This document shows positions 12,321 to 24,612 of a stretch of 64,000 nucleotides of DNA, in pieces. Within the stretch, counting starts at the first letter, position 1. The number at the start of each line of letters is the position of its first letter. The notes under the pieces are model-generated. The model was not told the origin of the DNA. It saw only the letters and a list, made by a program, of their open reading frames with translations, and made no database searches. The stretch is from Centroscyllium fabricii (Eukaryota), in NCBI GenBank assembly GCA_051313645.2, contig JBNRSN020000002.1, positions 232,314,001-232,378,000 of the forward strand, in the 5' to 3' direction. Position numbers and translations under genes: made by a program.

Positions 12321-15300
12321 TGTAGTGCCGGCAGGCCTAGGAACCACACGTGAGCCAGAGCTAGAGAAAACACAGCTTTATTACACTAAGTAAAACAAGA
12401 AAGAGAGTGAACCACTCGCAGCAATCGTATTTAAACAGTCCCGCGGTTGGTGACGTCATCGCGTCGGCCGACGAGATGACGTCGTCGCATCACCCGAATG
12501 AGCGGTGCTTTGCTCCGCGGAGTCCCCGAGGCGGATTCGATGTCTCAGTGGGCGTGCCGCCACACAGCTCCCCCCAGAATCCGTCCGGGAGGAATAGTGA
12601 CAGAGTCTATGTTGTGCCGTTGGGGTGGCCGGATGATGCGGCCGGACCATGTTGATCGTTGCTCCTGGTTCTGCGGTGGAGTGTGGGCGGGTTTTGTTGC
12701 GGGAGGGCGACCGCGTTGTGGTGGTTGTGCGGGGACCGTGGTCTCACCCGCTATCACATGTGCCGGCTTGAGCTGCTCTATTGTCACAGTGTCAGTCCTG
12801 TTGCCCATTTGTAACTCGAAAGCTTTAGCTCCCGCCCGAAGCACTCTGTAGGGGCCATCGTAAGGTGGCTGTAGTGGAGATCGGTGTCCGTCGCGCCAAA
12901 CGAACATGAACTTCGCGTTTTTAATGTTATCCGGTACCCGAGCTGCCGGCTCTCCGTGCCGGGCCACTGGTAGTGGCTGGAAAGCTCGTGCCGGGTTGGC
13001 GAAATCTTTTAAATACTGGTCGGCTGACCAGGGAGCGTTGGGCTCAGCCAGGAACTCGCCTGGCACCATTAAAGTTTGGCCGTAGATGAGCTCCGCTGCC
13101 GAGGCGTTGAGGTCTTCTTTGACTGCCGAGCACAGCCCAAGGAGGACCCATGGAAGGCGGTCGGTCCACGATGCGTCTTTTAGTGTGGCCCGTAGTGATG
13201 CCTTCATCGAGCGGTGGAACCGTTCGCATAGGCCGTTCGCCTGTGGGTGGTATGCGGTGGTTCGGTGTAGTGTCACCCCGAGGTCGCGGGCGATGGCCGC
13301 CCATAATGCCGACGTAAATTGGGGTCCTCTGTCGGAGGTGATGTCTGTGGGCACGCCGAAGCGGGCGACCCAGGTGGCGATGAACGCCCTGGCCAAGTCC
13401 GTGGTGCCGATGGCGGTGAGGGGGACTGCTTCTGGCCAGCGAGTGTTGCGGTCGACCATGGTCATTAGGTGCGTGTGGCCCCGGGATGGCGGTAGTGGCC
13501 CGACGAGATCGATGTGGACATGGTCAAAACGTCTGGCCGGCACTTTAAAATTTTCCAGCAGTGCCCTGATGTGCTTATGCACTTTGGAGCGCTGGCAGGC
13601 TATGCAGGAGCTGGCCCAGGCGTGGACGTCCTTGCGCAGGCCGCGCCATACGAATCGGCCCGATATTAATTTAATGGACGCGCGGGCACCGGGGTGGGAC
13701 AGGTCATGGAGGGTACTAAATATGTGTCGCCTCCAAGCGTGGGGTACGACTGGCCTGGGTTGCGGCAAGGATACGTCGCAGCAGACGACGGTGGCAGCGG
13801 GGCCGTGCGCGATATTGGCCAAGTGGAGGCCGGGGAGATTGGTTGCTTCGTTGAGTAGGTCAGGGTCGGCCAGCTGGTCGGCGGCCAGCTGGGCGTAATC
13901 GACCGCCATTTGGGTGGCGTTAATGGTGGGGCGTGAGAGGCAGTCAGCAACCACGTTGTCGCGGCCGGGAATGTGCTGGATGTCGGTTGTAAATTCCGAC
14001 ATGGCCGCGAGTTGGCGCTGCTGCCTGGCCGACCAGGGTTCAGCGACCTTAGCCATCGCAAATGTGAGTGGCTTGTGGTCGCTGAAGGCTGTGAAGTGGC
14101 GGCCCTCCAAGAGGAAACGAAAGTGTCGCACCGCCAGATGGAGAGCTAGTAGCTCCTTATCAAAAGTGCTGTATTTAACATCTGGGGGACGGAATTGCCG
14201 GCTGAAAAAGGCCAGCGGCTGCCACGAGTTGCCGGTCCACTGCTCAAATAAGGCCCCGACCGCGTGGTCGGAGGCGTCGGTGGTTAGGGCTACTCTGGCG
14301 TTGGGCCTAGGGTGGGCTAGGAGAGTGGCGTTTGCCAGGGCGGTTTTAGTTGCGGTGAAGGCGGTGGCGGCGTCGGCCGTCCACTCGACCGCAGCCTTGT
14401 TGGACTGCCCGCGGGTGGCCTGGTATAAGGGGGCCATGAGAGCGGCTGCTCCCGGGATAAAGCGGTTATAAAAATTAACCATGCCTAACAATTCATGCAG
14501 CCCTTTAATGGAGTGCGGGCGGGGGAATTCTTGTACCGCCTGCACCTTAGAGGGCAGGGGTATGGCCCCTGTTTGGGAAATGCGGTGGCTGAGGAAGTCA
14601 ATAGGCTCGAGGCCGAATTTGCACTTGGTGGGGCTTAAGATAAGGCCGTGTTCGGCCAGGCGCTGGAACAGGGTCCTGAGGTGCAGGAGGTGTTCCTGGG
14701 GGGAGGTGCTGGCCACAAGGATGTCGTCTAGATAGACAAAAATGTACTTCAAGTCCCGTAGGACTGAGTCCATGAGGCGCTGGAAGGCCTGGGCCGCGTT
14801 TTTAAGGCCGAAGGGCATCCTAAGGAACTCGAAGAGTCCGAAGGGGGTAATGACGGCCGTTTTAGGAATGTCCGCCGGGTGCACCGGAACCTGGTGGTAG
14901 CCACGCACCAGGTCGATCTTCGAAAAGATCGTACAGCCCGCTAATCTGGCGGAAAAATCCTGGATGTGGGGTACGGGGTACCTATCCGGGGTAGTGGCAT
15001 TGTTAAGGCGGCGGTAGTCGCCGCAGGGGCGCCAGCCTCCGTCAGGCTTGGGGGCTATGTGGAGCGGAGAGGACCAGGGGCTGCTGGAGCGGCGGATAAT
15101 GCCGAGTTGCTCCATGGTGCGGAACTCGGTGCGCGCGATCTCCTGCTTGGCCGGGTCGAGCCTACGGGCGTGGGCATGGACAGGCGCGCCTGTGGTTGTG
15201 ATAAAATGTTCCACCCCGTGTTTGGCCTTGCGGGCGGTGAACGTGGGGTTGGTTAGGGCGGGGAACTCTGCCAGGAGTGTGCCGTAGGCATCGGAGTCCC

Positions 15301-16767
15301 TGGAGCGGCATTGGGCTGCCGCGTGGGCCAGGAGTGCGGGCCCTGTGGAGCATGGGATGGTCGTCATGGTATTTATATTTACCAAGCGGCGCCGAGTTAC
15401 GTCGACCAGTAGGCCTTAGGCGCAGAGGAAGTCTGCCCCGAGGAGGGGTGAGGTGACCTGGGCCGTTATAAAATCCCAGGTGTACGCGTGGCTTGCAAGG
15501 GTAATGGTTAACTTGCGGGTGCCGTACGTTTTTATGTTGGAGCCGTAGGCTGCCGCTAGTGGCGGGCCCCGGGTGCCTTGTTTGGTTTCTGCAGGGGAGG
15601 CTGGCACGATGCTGTGCTGCACGCCTGTGTCGCAGAGAAACCTGAGGCCTGTGCCGCTGTCTGTGGCGAAGAGCAGTGCTCCTGTGTGGCCTACAGACAT
15701 GGTGGGGGCTGGGTTGGGCCATGGCTTAAACGCGCACGGCTGGACGCAGCGGTGCGCTTTGTGTTCGAACCGCGTGTGGTAGTAGCACCAGCCGGTGCTA
15801 GAGGGACGCGGTTGTCTAGGTGGGCGCGTGGCCCTAGGTTCAGTCGTAAAGTTATGCCTGGGGGGTGATTGGCTGCGCTCTACCGATGCGGAGTTAGGGT
15901 CGCACGTGGTTGAGCGGGTGCGCTGGGCCTCCATGAGCCTGTCGGCTTGCTCCGCGAGCTCGTCATCGCTCCGATGGCCAAGGGCCGCCAAGGCCGGTCT
16001 GATGGCGCGGGGTAGTTTAAGGAGGAAGACGGTGCGGAAGAGTGAGGCCGGGTTGGGTGTGAGCGCTTGCATCTGACCTAAGAGGTCCGATGGGTCTGCG
16101 TCCCCGAGCTCGGGGAGGTCGAGGAGCTGGCAGTCGCGCTCAAATTGGGAGGGGGTAAATTTTTTGATAAGCGCGGCCTTAAGAGTTTCATACCTGCCTG
16201 CGACGGGCACGCGCTGTATTTTTGACCACATCCGATCAATCGTCGTCTGTGGAAGGGCTGAGAACACCAGGTCGTAGCGGTCGTCCCCTTGAATGCCATG
16301 TGTGCAGCAGCTGGTCTCGATACACATAAACCAGGCCGCTGGCCGTTGCTCCCAGAACTCGGGTAGAGTTAGTCCACGTCCGGCGTTCTGTCCAGCTCCC
16401 TGCGTTCGTGGTGCTTGGTTTCTTGGGTTTACCATGCTTTCTTAAAAAAGTCTTTGGCTGGTGGTCCCAGATTCTGCGGCAGCTTTTTCTTCACTGGAAG
16501 TCGTTCCAGTTCGGGGTCACCACTGTAGCGCCGGCAGGCCTAGGAACCACACGTGAGCCAGAGCTAGAGAAAACACAGCTTTATTACACTAAGTAAAACA
16601 AGAAAGAGAGTGAACCACTCGCAGCAATCGTATTTAAACAGTCCCGCGGTTGGTGACGTCATCGCGTCGGCTGACGTGATGACGTCGTCGCGTCACCCGG
16701 ATGAGCGGGGCTTTGCTCCGCTGAGTTCCAGTGGCGGATTCGATGTCTCAGTGGGCGTGCCGCCACA
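12321..16767 (-). mobile_element. Gypsy LTR retrotransposon, CsRn1-like, copy B2
   Basis: LTRs at 12321-12564 and 16524-16767; TSD CTAG at 12317-12320 and 16768-16771; PBS TGGTGACCCCG; inverted relative to B1. Confidence 0.96.
12545..16435 (-). pseudogene. Single-frame gag-pol of copy B2 with one premature TAA at 15416-15418
   Basis: The 339-aa and 946-aa ORFs are in the same frame; B1 has TAC (Tyr) at the stop position; CYYH..C..C, CDTG, YLDD, TDASD, HHCC and DDE motifs present. Confidence 0.93.
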
Positions 16768-16903
16768 CTAGGCTTATTAAGCTCACCATGTGCGCTACCC
16801 GGTTCAATCAGTGCTGCTCACCTCTGCTGACGTCTTCCATTCAGGAGTTTTTAAGGGTCCCATGTAGCCTTTCCACTTCATTTGGTTTATGCTGCTCCTG
16901 AAA

Positions 16904-18510
16904 ATGGGTCCTGTGAAAATGCCTGCTGCAAGATGGAAGACTGCTCCTAGATTTGATGATGACTCCCTCCATTCTCTTATCGAGGGAGTAAGAAGGTGCA
17001 GGGATGGTCTGTTCCCTCCCGATGGCCAGAGGAAGCTTCCTCAGCAGACAAAGGCAGCCTGGCTGCAAATTGCTGAGGAGATTAGTGCAAGGACCCTGTA
17101 CTCACGCACCTGGGTGCAGTGCCGAAAAAGGTTCAATGATCTGCTACGCTCAGTAATAGTGAGTATCACATCACATTACCTTCAATCTGTTTCCCATCTC
17201 TTCTCATCACCAGCACTCTGCTTTGTCAACCTACTTCTCCATCTCCCAACTTACCCTTACATCCCGTGCATCCTTACCCATCCCTCCCTCTGTGCAGAAT
17301 CATTTCAATTTCCTACTGTGCACCCCTCACACTCGCTCTCACTGTTATGCAATGACAACTAACAAGGCACAGGGAGGCACCTTGGTTTTAGCATCTCACT
17401 CCATCTTTGTCTCCCTCTAAGCTTCTATATTATGGAATCTTTACACTCTCTCCAACAATCTCGCTGAAACTTATCTTGTGTCCCTCATTGCAGGAAAAGA
17501 GATCCCACAATAACAGGGAGAGAGCTAGGACTGGAGGAGGCCCACCGTCCCTCACAACTTTAGCAAATGCTGGGGAGGCTGCTCTCAACATCATCGGAGG
17601 TGCAGAGGAGCTGGAAGTGGGGGATGGAGAGACGGGCGCAGTAGAGCAAACTGGTGACAGAATAAATTTGCAACCCTCTCAGGGAGAGGAGCTAAGGGGG
17701 CAGCATCACCAGAAATCAGCGCACCCAGCACCAGCGCAAATACGCCCACCTCAGCGGGTCCATCGTGACAACTGGTGTATCACAGCTCACAAGTGAGCAT
17801 CAGTAGATGGTGGAGACCGTGACAGCAGTGGAGAGTCCTCATCGAGGTCGCAGGGCGCTCCTAGCTCTGCTCTGCTGCAGGTAGACACTGAGCCTCGGGG
17901 GTCATCCAGAAAGAGAGCGTGCTGGAACTCCAGGAACAAGTGCAGGAGTTTCTGACAGGGTTTGCAAACACTGAAACTGAGTGTGGAGAGAATGAAGGAG
18001 TCCATCTCAAACATGAGCAATGTTATGGTGCACTCAATGCCAAATGTATGTGCCACCATGGAAAGGATGGCGACCACCATGGAGGACATAAATTGCCAGA
18101 CTCAAATGAACATCGTGACTCTTCTAAATAGATGGTCTGCTATGGAGGATAGATGGGCATCTATTGAGGAGACTAATCAAAGGTACATGGACATCCCTGT
18201 TATGAGGACTGTCAGTACAGAAACGGGTGCTCATGGCCCCACTTAATGTGTAGCAAGGTGCTCTCCACCCACTTGCTAGCAGTGAAGTGCGGGTGATCCA
18301 TGAGAGATATTGGTGGTCCACAAAAAGGAAGTGTGGGCTCCTCTCCAAGCGCTCTCACTACCATGCCACAGCGGAGCCCTCGATCAGAGCTCCAGATTCC
18401 TCACCCAACTAAGATGGCCATCTCAGCCCCTGCACAGCCGCAGGAGGAGCAGACTGTTGCGGAGCCCTCCCAGGCTCGCAAACCCAGAGGACGCCTGCCA
18501 AAGGTGTAAA
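16904..18510 (+). pseudogene. Harbinger Myb/SANT-like DNA-binding (NAIF1/MSANTD-type) gene, spliced
   Basis: APRF...W..IAEEI..RTWVQCRKRFNDL; GT..AG intron 17159-17493 gives an in-frame join to EKRSHNNRERARTGGGP; later part is frameshifted. Confidence 0.8.
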
Positions 18511-18551
18511 AGCAGGCACAGCATGGAAGTGAACAAGGTGCCTGTGAATGT

Positions 18552-18830
18552 GAGGCTAGGCTCAGATCGGCCAGCTGATCTCCTGGACCAGTTTATGATC
18601 AACTAGATGGGTCGGAGAGGAATTTCCCGGATTTTTTCTCCCAAATTGGCCACTGGTTTTTTAATCTGGTTTTTCGCCTCTCCCGGGCGATTACATGGGT
18701 TTGGGCGTGATGGAGAGTAAAAGTAAAATTGAGGTTAGGATCAGATCAGCCATGAACTTGTTGAATGGCAGAGCAGGATCGAGGGGCCGATTGGCCTACT
18801 CCTGCTCCTATTTCTTATGTTTTTATGTTC
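18552..18830 (+). mobile_element. CR1-type LINE 3' UTR fragment
   Basis: gatcagccatga...ggcctactcctgctcctatttcttatg tail, as in the other CR1/SINE tails here. Confidence 0.75.
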
Positions 18831-18834
18831 TCTG

Positions 18835-21800
18835 GTCAGGTGCAGCGTAGCAAGATATTCTTGTTCTTATTTTCCTGCCCATTTAAAGCTCAGCTGGCGA
18901 CTTGCCACTTGCCAATGTTGCTGCCCTTTATGACATTATTGCCAGATACGGATCTGCATTACTACTTTCTGCTTTTTTCAGTAGTCTTTTGATTACTTGC
19001 ACCCCCTTTTACGCCTTTCCATTCTCCTGGGGATAGTTTGGGCTAGACATTATATGTTTGAATTCATATTCGGAGGCAAATGCCCTGAACTCCTGACTGG
19101 CATATGCGGGTCCATTATCTGATACCAGCATCAAGGGGATGCCCTGTCTGGAAAAAATCGATTTCAAATGTGTGATCACACCTCTTGATGTGATGCTAGT
19201 CAACAGGGCTATCTCTGGGTAATTTGAATAGTAATCAATGATTAACAAATAGTCCTTTCCCGCAAAATGGAACATATCTATTCCCACTTTTTCCCAAGGG
19301 TGGTTTGGCATTTCTGTGGTGATGAGACTCCTTAGTTTGTTTATATTGATATTCCTTGCATGTGGCACACTCACTTATTAATTGCTCAATGTCCGCATTC
19401 ATACTTGGCCAGTACAGTGACTCTCATGCCCGCCTTTTGGATTTTTCTGCCCCCAGGTGCCCTTTGTGTATCCTCCCCAGCATCTCTGGTCTCATGGAGG
19501 TGGGCACCACTATTCTGTCCCCCTTCAGTAGGATTCCATTTACTATGGATTGTTTCCCTTGTATCTGATAGTATTGCTTGCGGGACCCTCTTTTCCAGCC
19601 CTCCTGCAGATTTTTCATTACTTTTATTAGCACTGGATCCTTCGCTGTTTCACTTGTTATCACTGCCAACTGTTGAGATAAAGCAGGCAGTGCTGCGTAG
19701 ACCATGTCTACGTGGAGGTTTACGTCCTGCTCTGTGTCACTGTTTTGCCTGGCACATGGTGCAGCTCTCGACAGTGCATCTGCAATGTACATTTGTGTCC
19801 TTGGCACATATGTCAGATCAAAATCATAACGCGGAAGTTTTATCAAGTGTTGTATCCTTGGCGACATGTAGCATACATTTTTCTTTTTGATTCCTAACAG
19901 TTGCTTATGATCTGTTTCCAGTATAAATTTCGGCAGTCCATAGACATATGTGTGGAATTGTTCACACTCAAATGCCAACCACAGACATTCTTTTTCAATC
20001 TGTGCATACCTGCACTCTGTGGCTTTCATAGAACGTGATGCATATGCTGCTAGCCTCCATTCTCCGTCATCTTCTTGTAGTAGGACCACCCCGAGCCCAT
20101 TCTTGGATTCATCGGTCGACACTTTAGTCCTTTTCTTTGGACAAAATAATTTTAATAGGGGTTCATTTGCCAAGATCTGTAATTGCCCCTTCCATTCCTG
20201 TTCATGCTTGTGTCCCCATTGGAACTCTGTTTCATGATGCAGCTGCTTTCGCAGGTGCACAGTTTTTGTGGCTAGATTCGGGATAAATTTCCCTGGATAG
20301 TTTACCATACTAAGGGCTCTCTGCACCCCATTTTTGACTTCAGGATTTTCCATATCCTGAATTGCTTTAATCTTAGTCTTGTCTGGCTGTACCCCATCTG
20401 TGGATATCTTGTCTCCCAGAAAGGTTATCTCCTTTATTTTAAATTGGCATTTCTCCTTATTTAATTTCAGTCCGTACTGCTGAATCCTTTGGAGCGTTTT
20501 TTCCAGCCTGCTATTGTGCTCCTTCTGTGTGTAGCCTCATACCACCAAGCCATCCACATAGACCTGTCCCCCTTCCAAGCCCTCTATAATTGTCTCCATC
20601 GCTATGTGGAATATTTCTGGGGTTGAGCTTATGCCAAATGGCAGATGCTGGTATGAGTATCTACCAAACAGGGTGTTAAATGTACACAGCTTGGCACTTT
20701 CCTCATCCAATTTCAGTTGCCAAAATCCATGGGAAGCATCCATTTTTGAAAAGAATTTTGCCTCCGTCATCTCACTCACTATTTCTTCTCTTTTGGGAAT
20801 TTGATAGTGTTCCCTCTATGTTCACGTTAAGGTCCTTGGGGTCCATGCATACTCTCAATTTATCACTGCTTTTTGAGTTGACGCAGACCATTGAATTCGC
20901 CCAATCTGTTGGCTGCTCATTTTTTAAAATCACAGCCAGTCCTTCCATGCGATCCAGCTCTTCCCTCAGCTTCTCATGGAGGGCCACTGGCACTCTCCAG
21001 GGTGCATGATTAACCGGTCGTGCATTGTCCCTTAATTTAATAGAGTACGAGAAGGGCAGCACAACAACCCTTGAAATACATCCGCGTATCTCGGCACAAT
21101 ATTGCCTGAATTCATGTCCGAATTTTCTCGCAGGTCATTTTGTGTTTCATTATCTCCATTGACTGTGTAAAATCTTTTTACTAGACCTAACTCCATGCAG
21201 GCCTTGTCTCTTAATAGTGATTTGTGCCCTTCTGGCTCTATAACAAAAGTGAGGAAGTGCCTACATTGTTTAACTATCAGCCTCAATCTGCACATTCCTC
21301 ATGTTTCAATGTAAGCCTTTAAGGTTACAGTCCTGTTTATCATCTTCAGTTTCACTTTGTTTTTTTACATCTCCACAACTTATCAAGTTCACTTTTGCCC
21401 CTGTATCCAGTTTAAGGGTAATTATCATTCAATTTACTTGCAGGGGAGCTATCCCGGCCTCCTTGTTTGACCCTCTGGGCTGTGCTTCATGCTGCACCAT
21501 TCCCACATAACATGATTGAGCTCCCGCTTCTACAGTCTCTACTGCATGCACCGCCTTTTTGCTTTCACCTCTGTGCTCACAGAGACACATTTTCGCAAAG
21601 TGATTTCTGCCTTTGCATTCCGCACAGCTCTTCCCAAACACCGGACATTGCCTGGCACCGTGTTTGTTTCCACACCGTTTGCACTCTAATGCCGCCATTT
21701 TGTTGTACTCACTGGGCCCACATGGCTCTCTGTAATCATACGCTGCCATTTTGTTGTAGTCACTGGGCCCTCTAGGCTCTCTTGAGTCGAACAACACCAT

Positions 21801-22667
21801 TTTGTTATATTCTGTGGGCCCTCATGGCGCTCTGTTATCTCGTCGCTGTATTACATCCACCGGAAGTCTCTGTGGCCCCGGGACGTTCACCTCGAACGTT
21901 TTTGTTTGGATCTCTGAAAGCTCACTCAAATGGCACAGATTTACTGCAGCATCCAATTTCAATTCGCCATCTCTCAGCATTCTTTCTCTTAATTTCTTAT
22001 CCAATATTCCAAAGACTATTTGATCCCTTATCATGGATTCTTTTAAATCTTGAAAATTGCATGACTGTGCTTTGATTTTTAAATCAGTTAGGAAGATATC
22101 GAAGGACTCTCCTTGTTTCCGTGTTCTGGAGTGGAACACAAATCTTTCATAGGTTTCAGTCTTTTTTGGCGCGCAAAAATCTTCAATTTTTTTTATAACT
22201 TTGTCAAAGTCACTTTTAATCTCCTCAGACTCAAAAGTAAAGGTATTGTACAGCTCGCTTGCCTGCAGGCCCGCAACAGTTAGTAATAATGCAACTTTAC
22301 GTGATCCTGCGCTTGTGGTCGCCTCGATGGCTGCCAGTTATAGGAGAAATCTCAGCTTGAATAACCGGCAATTCTCGTCAACGTTGCCATATAGGTCAAG
22401 ATTGGATGGGGGTTTTATACCTTCCATCATTCGTCTTCAGTCCATACGCGAGTTTGTGAATCCTGGTACCATGTAATGTTATTAAGGATCAGATGGGAGT
22501 CCAATACTAAGTTTCTACGGAGCTTCTTTATTCAGGTCTTATACACTGCCACTCCAAGCCTCAACTGAGGCATGGCTTAAGATGGCGCCTGCTCCCGCCA
22601 CTTGGGTGTGACATCAGATGTAAGTCAAGCCTGTGCTGTCTTTACGCTAGTCACAGCTATCCTTACA
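18835..22667 (-). mobile_element. Gypsy (Mag-like) element, degenerate and 3'-truncated (Gypsy-D)
   Basis: 5' LTR ~22472-22667; PBS TGGTACCAGGA (tRNA-Leu type); gag with double CCHC; LDTGA protease; RT, RNase H and integrase fragments; no 3' LTR seen. Confidence 0.88.
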
Positions 22668-22804
22668 GTATGGAACGTGGTCCACATTGTCCAAGCCCTT
22701 GTCATGGATTTTGATAATTGGGGGGCAGTACTATGCGGCGGGAGCAGGTTGGTAGAGGACCTCTGTCTTATGGATGTTTAGATACTTCAGCATAAAATAA
22801 TAAT

Positions 22805-23526
22805 GTCCCAGAAATTGCAGTGGACCCTTCGTGCGGGTGCAGTACCTGCTTAACGCACTTGAACTGCCCATATTCAGTTTTGCTTTTTTGCACTCAGAAA
22901 TTGCAGTTAGCCCAGCCTGTCATAGCTCCGTGCGCGATTCATGGGCATCTGAAGGGCGTAATTAGTGCGAGATAGCTTTTGAGACCACCTGATTGGTAGG
23001 GAGCCAATCAGTGGAACCAATTCTCCGTTCAAAACTTCCACAGAGAAATCTGTGTGAGTTTTGAAAAGAGAGATTGCCCAAAAGACATCTAAACACAAAA
23101 ATAAAATTTTACAAACACATTTTTTAACATTACCCCAACTAACACAAATAACCTATTTTAAAGAAAAAATAAAAATTTACAGAAACATTTTTCAACTTCC
23201 AACAGGTCTAAAAAAATACTTACCTGTCTTTAAAGTTATCAACAATTAAAAACCTGTAAAAACAACAATTAAAATCAATAAAATACACACTTACCAGATA
23301 AAAACGGCTACTTATGACTGTTTTTTCCCAGTGTAGAAAATCCTGGTCTTGGTCCGTAGAAAAGCTTAAAAAAAATATCGGAATGACTGGACGCTCCCGT
23401 AGTTCGATGCTTCCTGCGCTGGACCTCGCAGGAACTCCAACACCCCGCTGGCCGGCATAGGAAAACCTGAAGCTACGCTCGCACCAGAGCTTAAACCCGA
23501 TATGCGCAGACTGCAATTTCTGGCCC
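22805..23526. mobile_element. MITE (Harbinger-like non-autonomous)
   Basis: TIRs GTCCCAGAAATTGCAGT / ACTGCAATTTCTGGCCC; flanked by AT on both sides. Confidence 0.75.
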
Positions 23527-23682
23527 ATTATATGTTAGAAAAAGCTGTTTAAAATGTTTACCTTAGATAATAATTTAAGAAAGTATTACAAAGTTGTTCA
23601 CACGAACATGGAAGAATGGAGCTGCAGCATTCTCCATGTTCATTTGTTGAAAGAACACAGATTTTAATAGAAAAGGCCACAT

Positions 23683-23916
23683 TGTGGCGGCACGCCCACT
23701 TGGACACCGAATCCGCTACGGCATGGCCCCGCTCATCCGGGTGACGCGACGACGTCACCACGACTTCCGGCGTGATGACGTCACCAACGGCGGGCAGTTT
23801 AAATAAGCTTGTTTCGAGTGGTTCACTCTCTTTCCTGTTTAACTCTAATGCATTAAACAAGTGTTTTCTCTAGCTCTCTGGCTCACGCGTGGTTTCTAGG
23901 CCTTGCCGGTGCTACA
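23683..23916 (+). mobile_element. Solo LTR related to the B1/B2 family
   Basis: TGTGGCGG...GCTACA, similar to 7792-8035; 4-bp TSD ACAT at 23679-23682 and 23917-23920. Confidence 0.93.
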
Positions 23917-24574
23917 ACATGAACTCAAGTGTAGCACTAATAAATGTAGCTGATGAGGAGAAGGTTTGATGGACATATTGTACCATTTTTCCATTTAATA
24001 AAGGGAATCTGAGCTATTGAGATGCCAAGTTAGTATAGATGGATGAACAGATGGGATGGCTAGTTCCCAAAATGCTCAAAAATAGAAATACAACTGGGAA
24101 GCAAGTTCAGGCATAATTCAATCAGAACAGACAGCAACATGTTCTTGTATTTCATCTTAGTATGATTCCCATAATATGTTTTTGCAAGTAATTTTAATGT
24201 AATACTTGCTGATGTCATATGGAGCAATAGCCTTGGGTATAAAAAGTTACTATTAAGTTATTCCATATATCTGAACAACCTATTACTTGTATCTGGCTAT
24301 GATTCTAAGCACTGTAGTGTCGATTCACCGATTCTGACTAAAAAGAACATGAAACACTGGATGAGGCCCAAATCTCATGCTAACAGAGTATAGAGCCTGG
24401 CCTCAACATGCAACTGTTGCACCAATCACCTGTTTCATCAATGCTTATGCAGCACAATGCCCGATGTTGCAGAATTAGACAGGAATGAGCCATAGACATA
24501 ACAACGCTACCTAAAGAGATCATATGCAAAAAGTCACACAACACCAGGTTTAAAGTCCAACGTTTTATTTTAAA

Positions 24575-24612
24575 TCACAAGCTTTCGGAGCTTTTGCCCC
24601 TTCGTCAGGCAA
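24575..24612 (-). ncRNA. Minimal hammerhead ribozyme (inverted copy)
   Basis: Reverse complement of 27598-27635. Confidence 0.75.

Larger units (their letters stand above)
12200..18545 (+). mobile_element. Harbinger/PIF-derived element (left terminus plus Myb/SANT gene), interrupted by Gypsy B2 and 3'-truncated
   Basis: GGCTGGGATTTTCC terminus-like sequence at 12200; sequence resumes after 16771; Myb/SANT ORF similar to 29511-32410. Confidence 0.65.

Noticed and set aside
10046-14471. Long antisense ORFs (180-270 aa) over pol
   Set aside because: Shadow ORFs of GC-rich coding sequence with no recognisable motifs.
15416-15418. Programmed stop-codon read-through between gag-PR and RT
   Set aside because: B1 has TAC and Gypsy-C has CAC at the same codon, so it is a private nonsense mutation.
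7792-16767. B1/B2 as an assembly foldback or local inverted duplication
   Set aside because: The copies differ by many substitutions and indels, have copy-specific LTR variants, and each has its own TSD and unique flanks.
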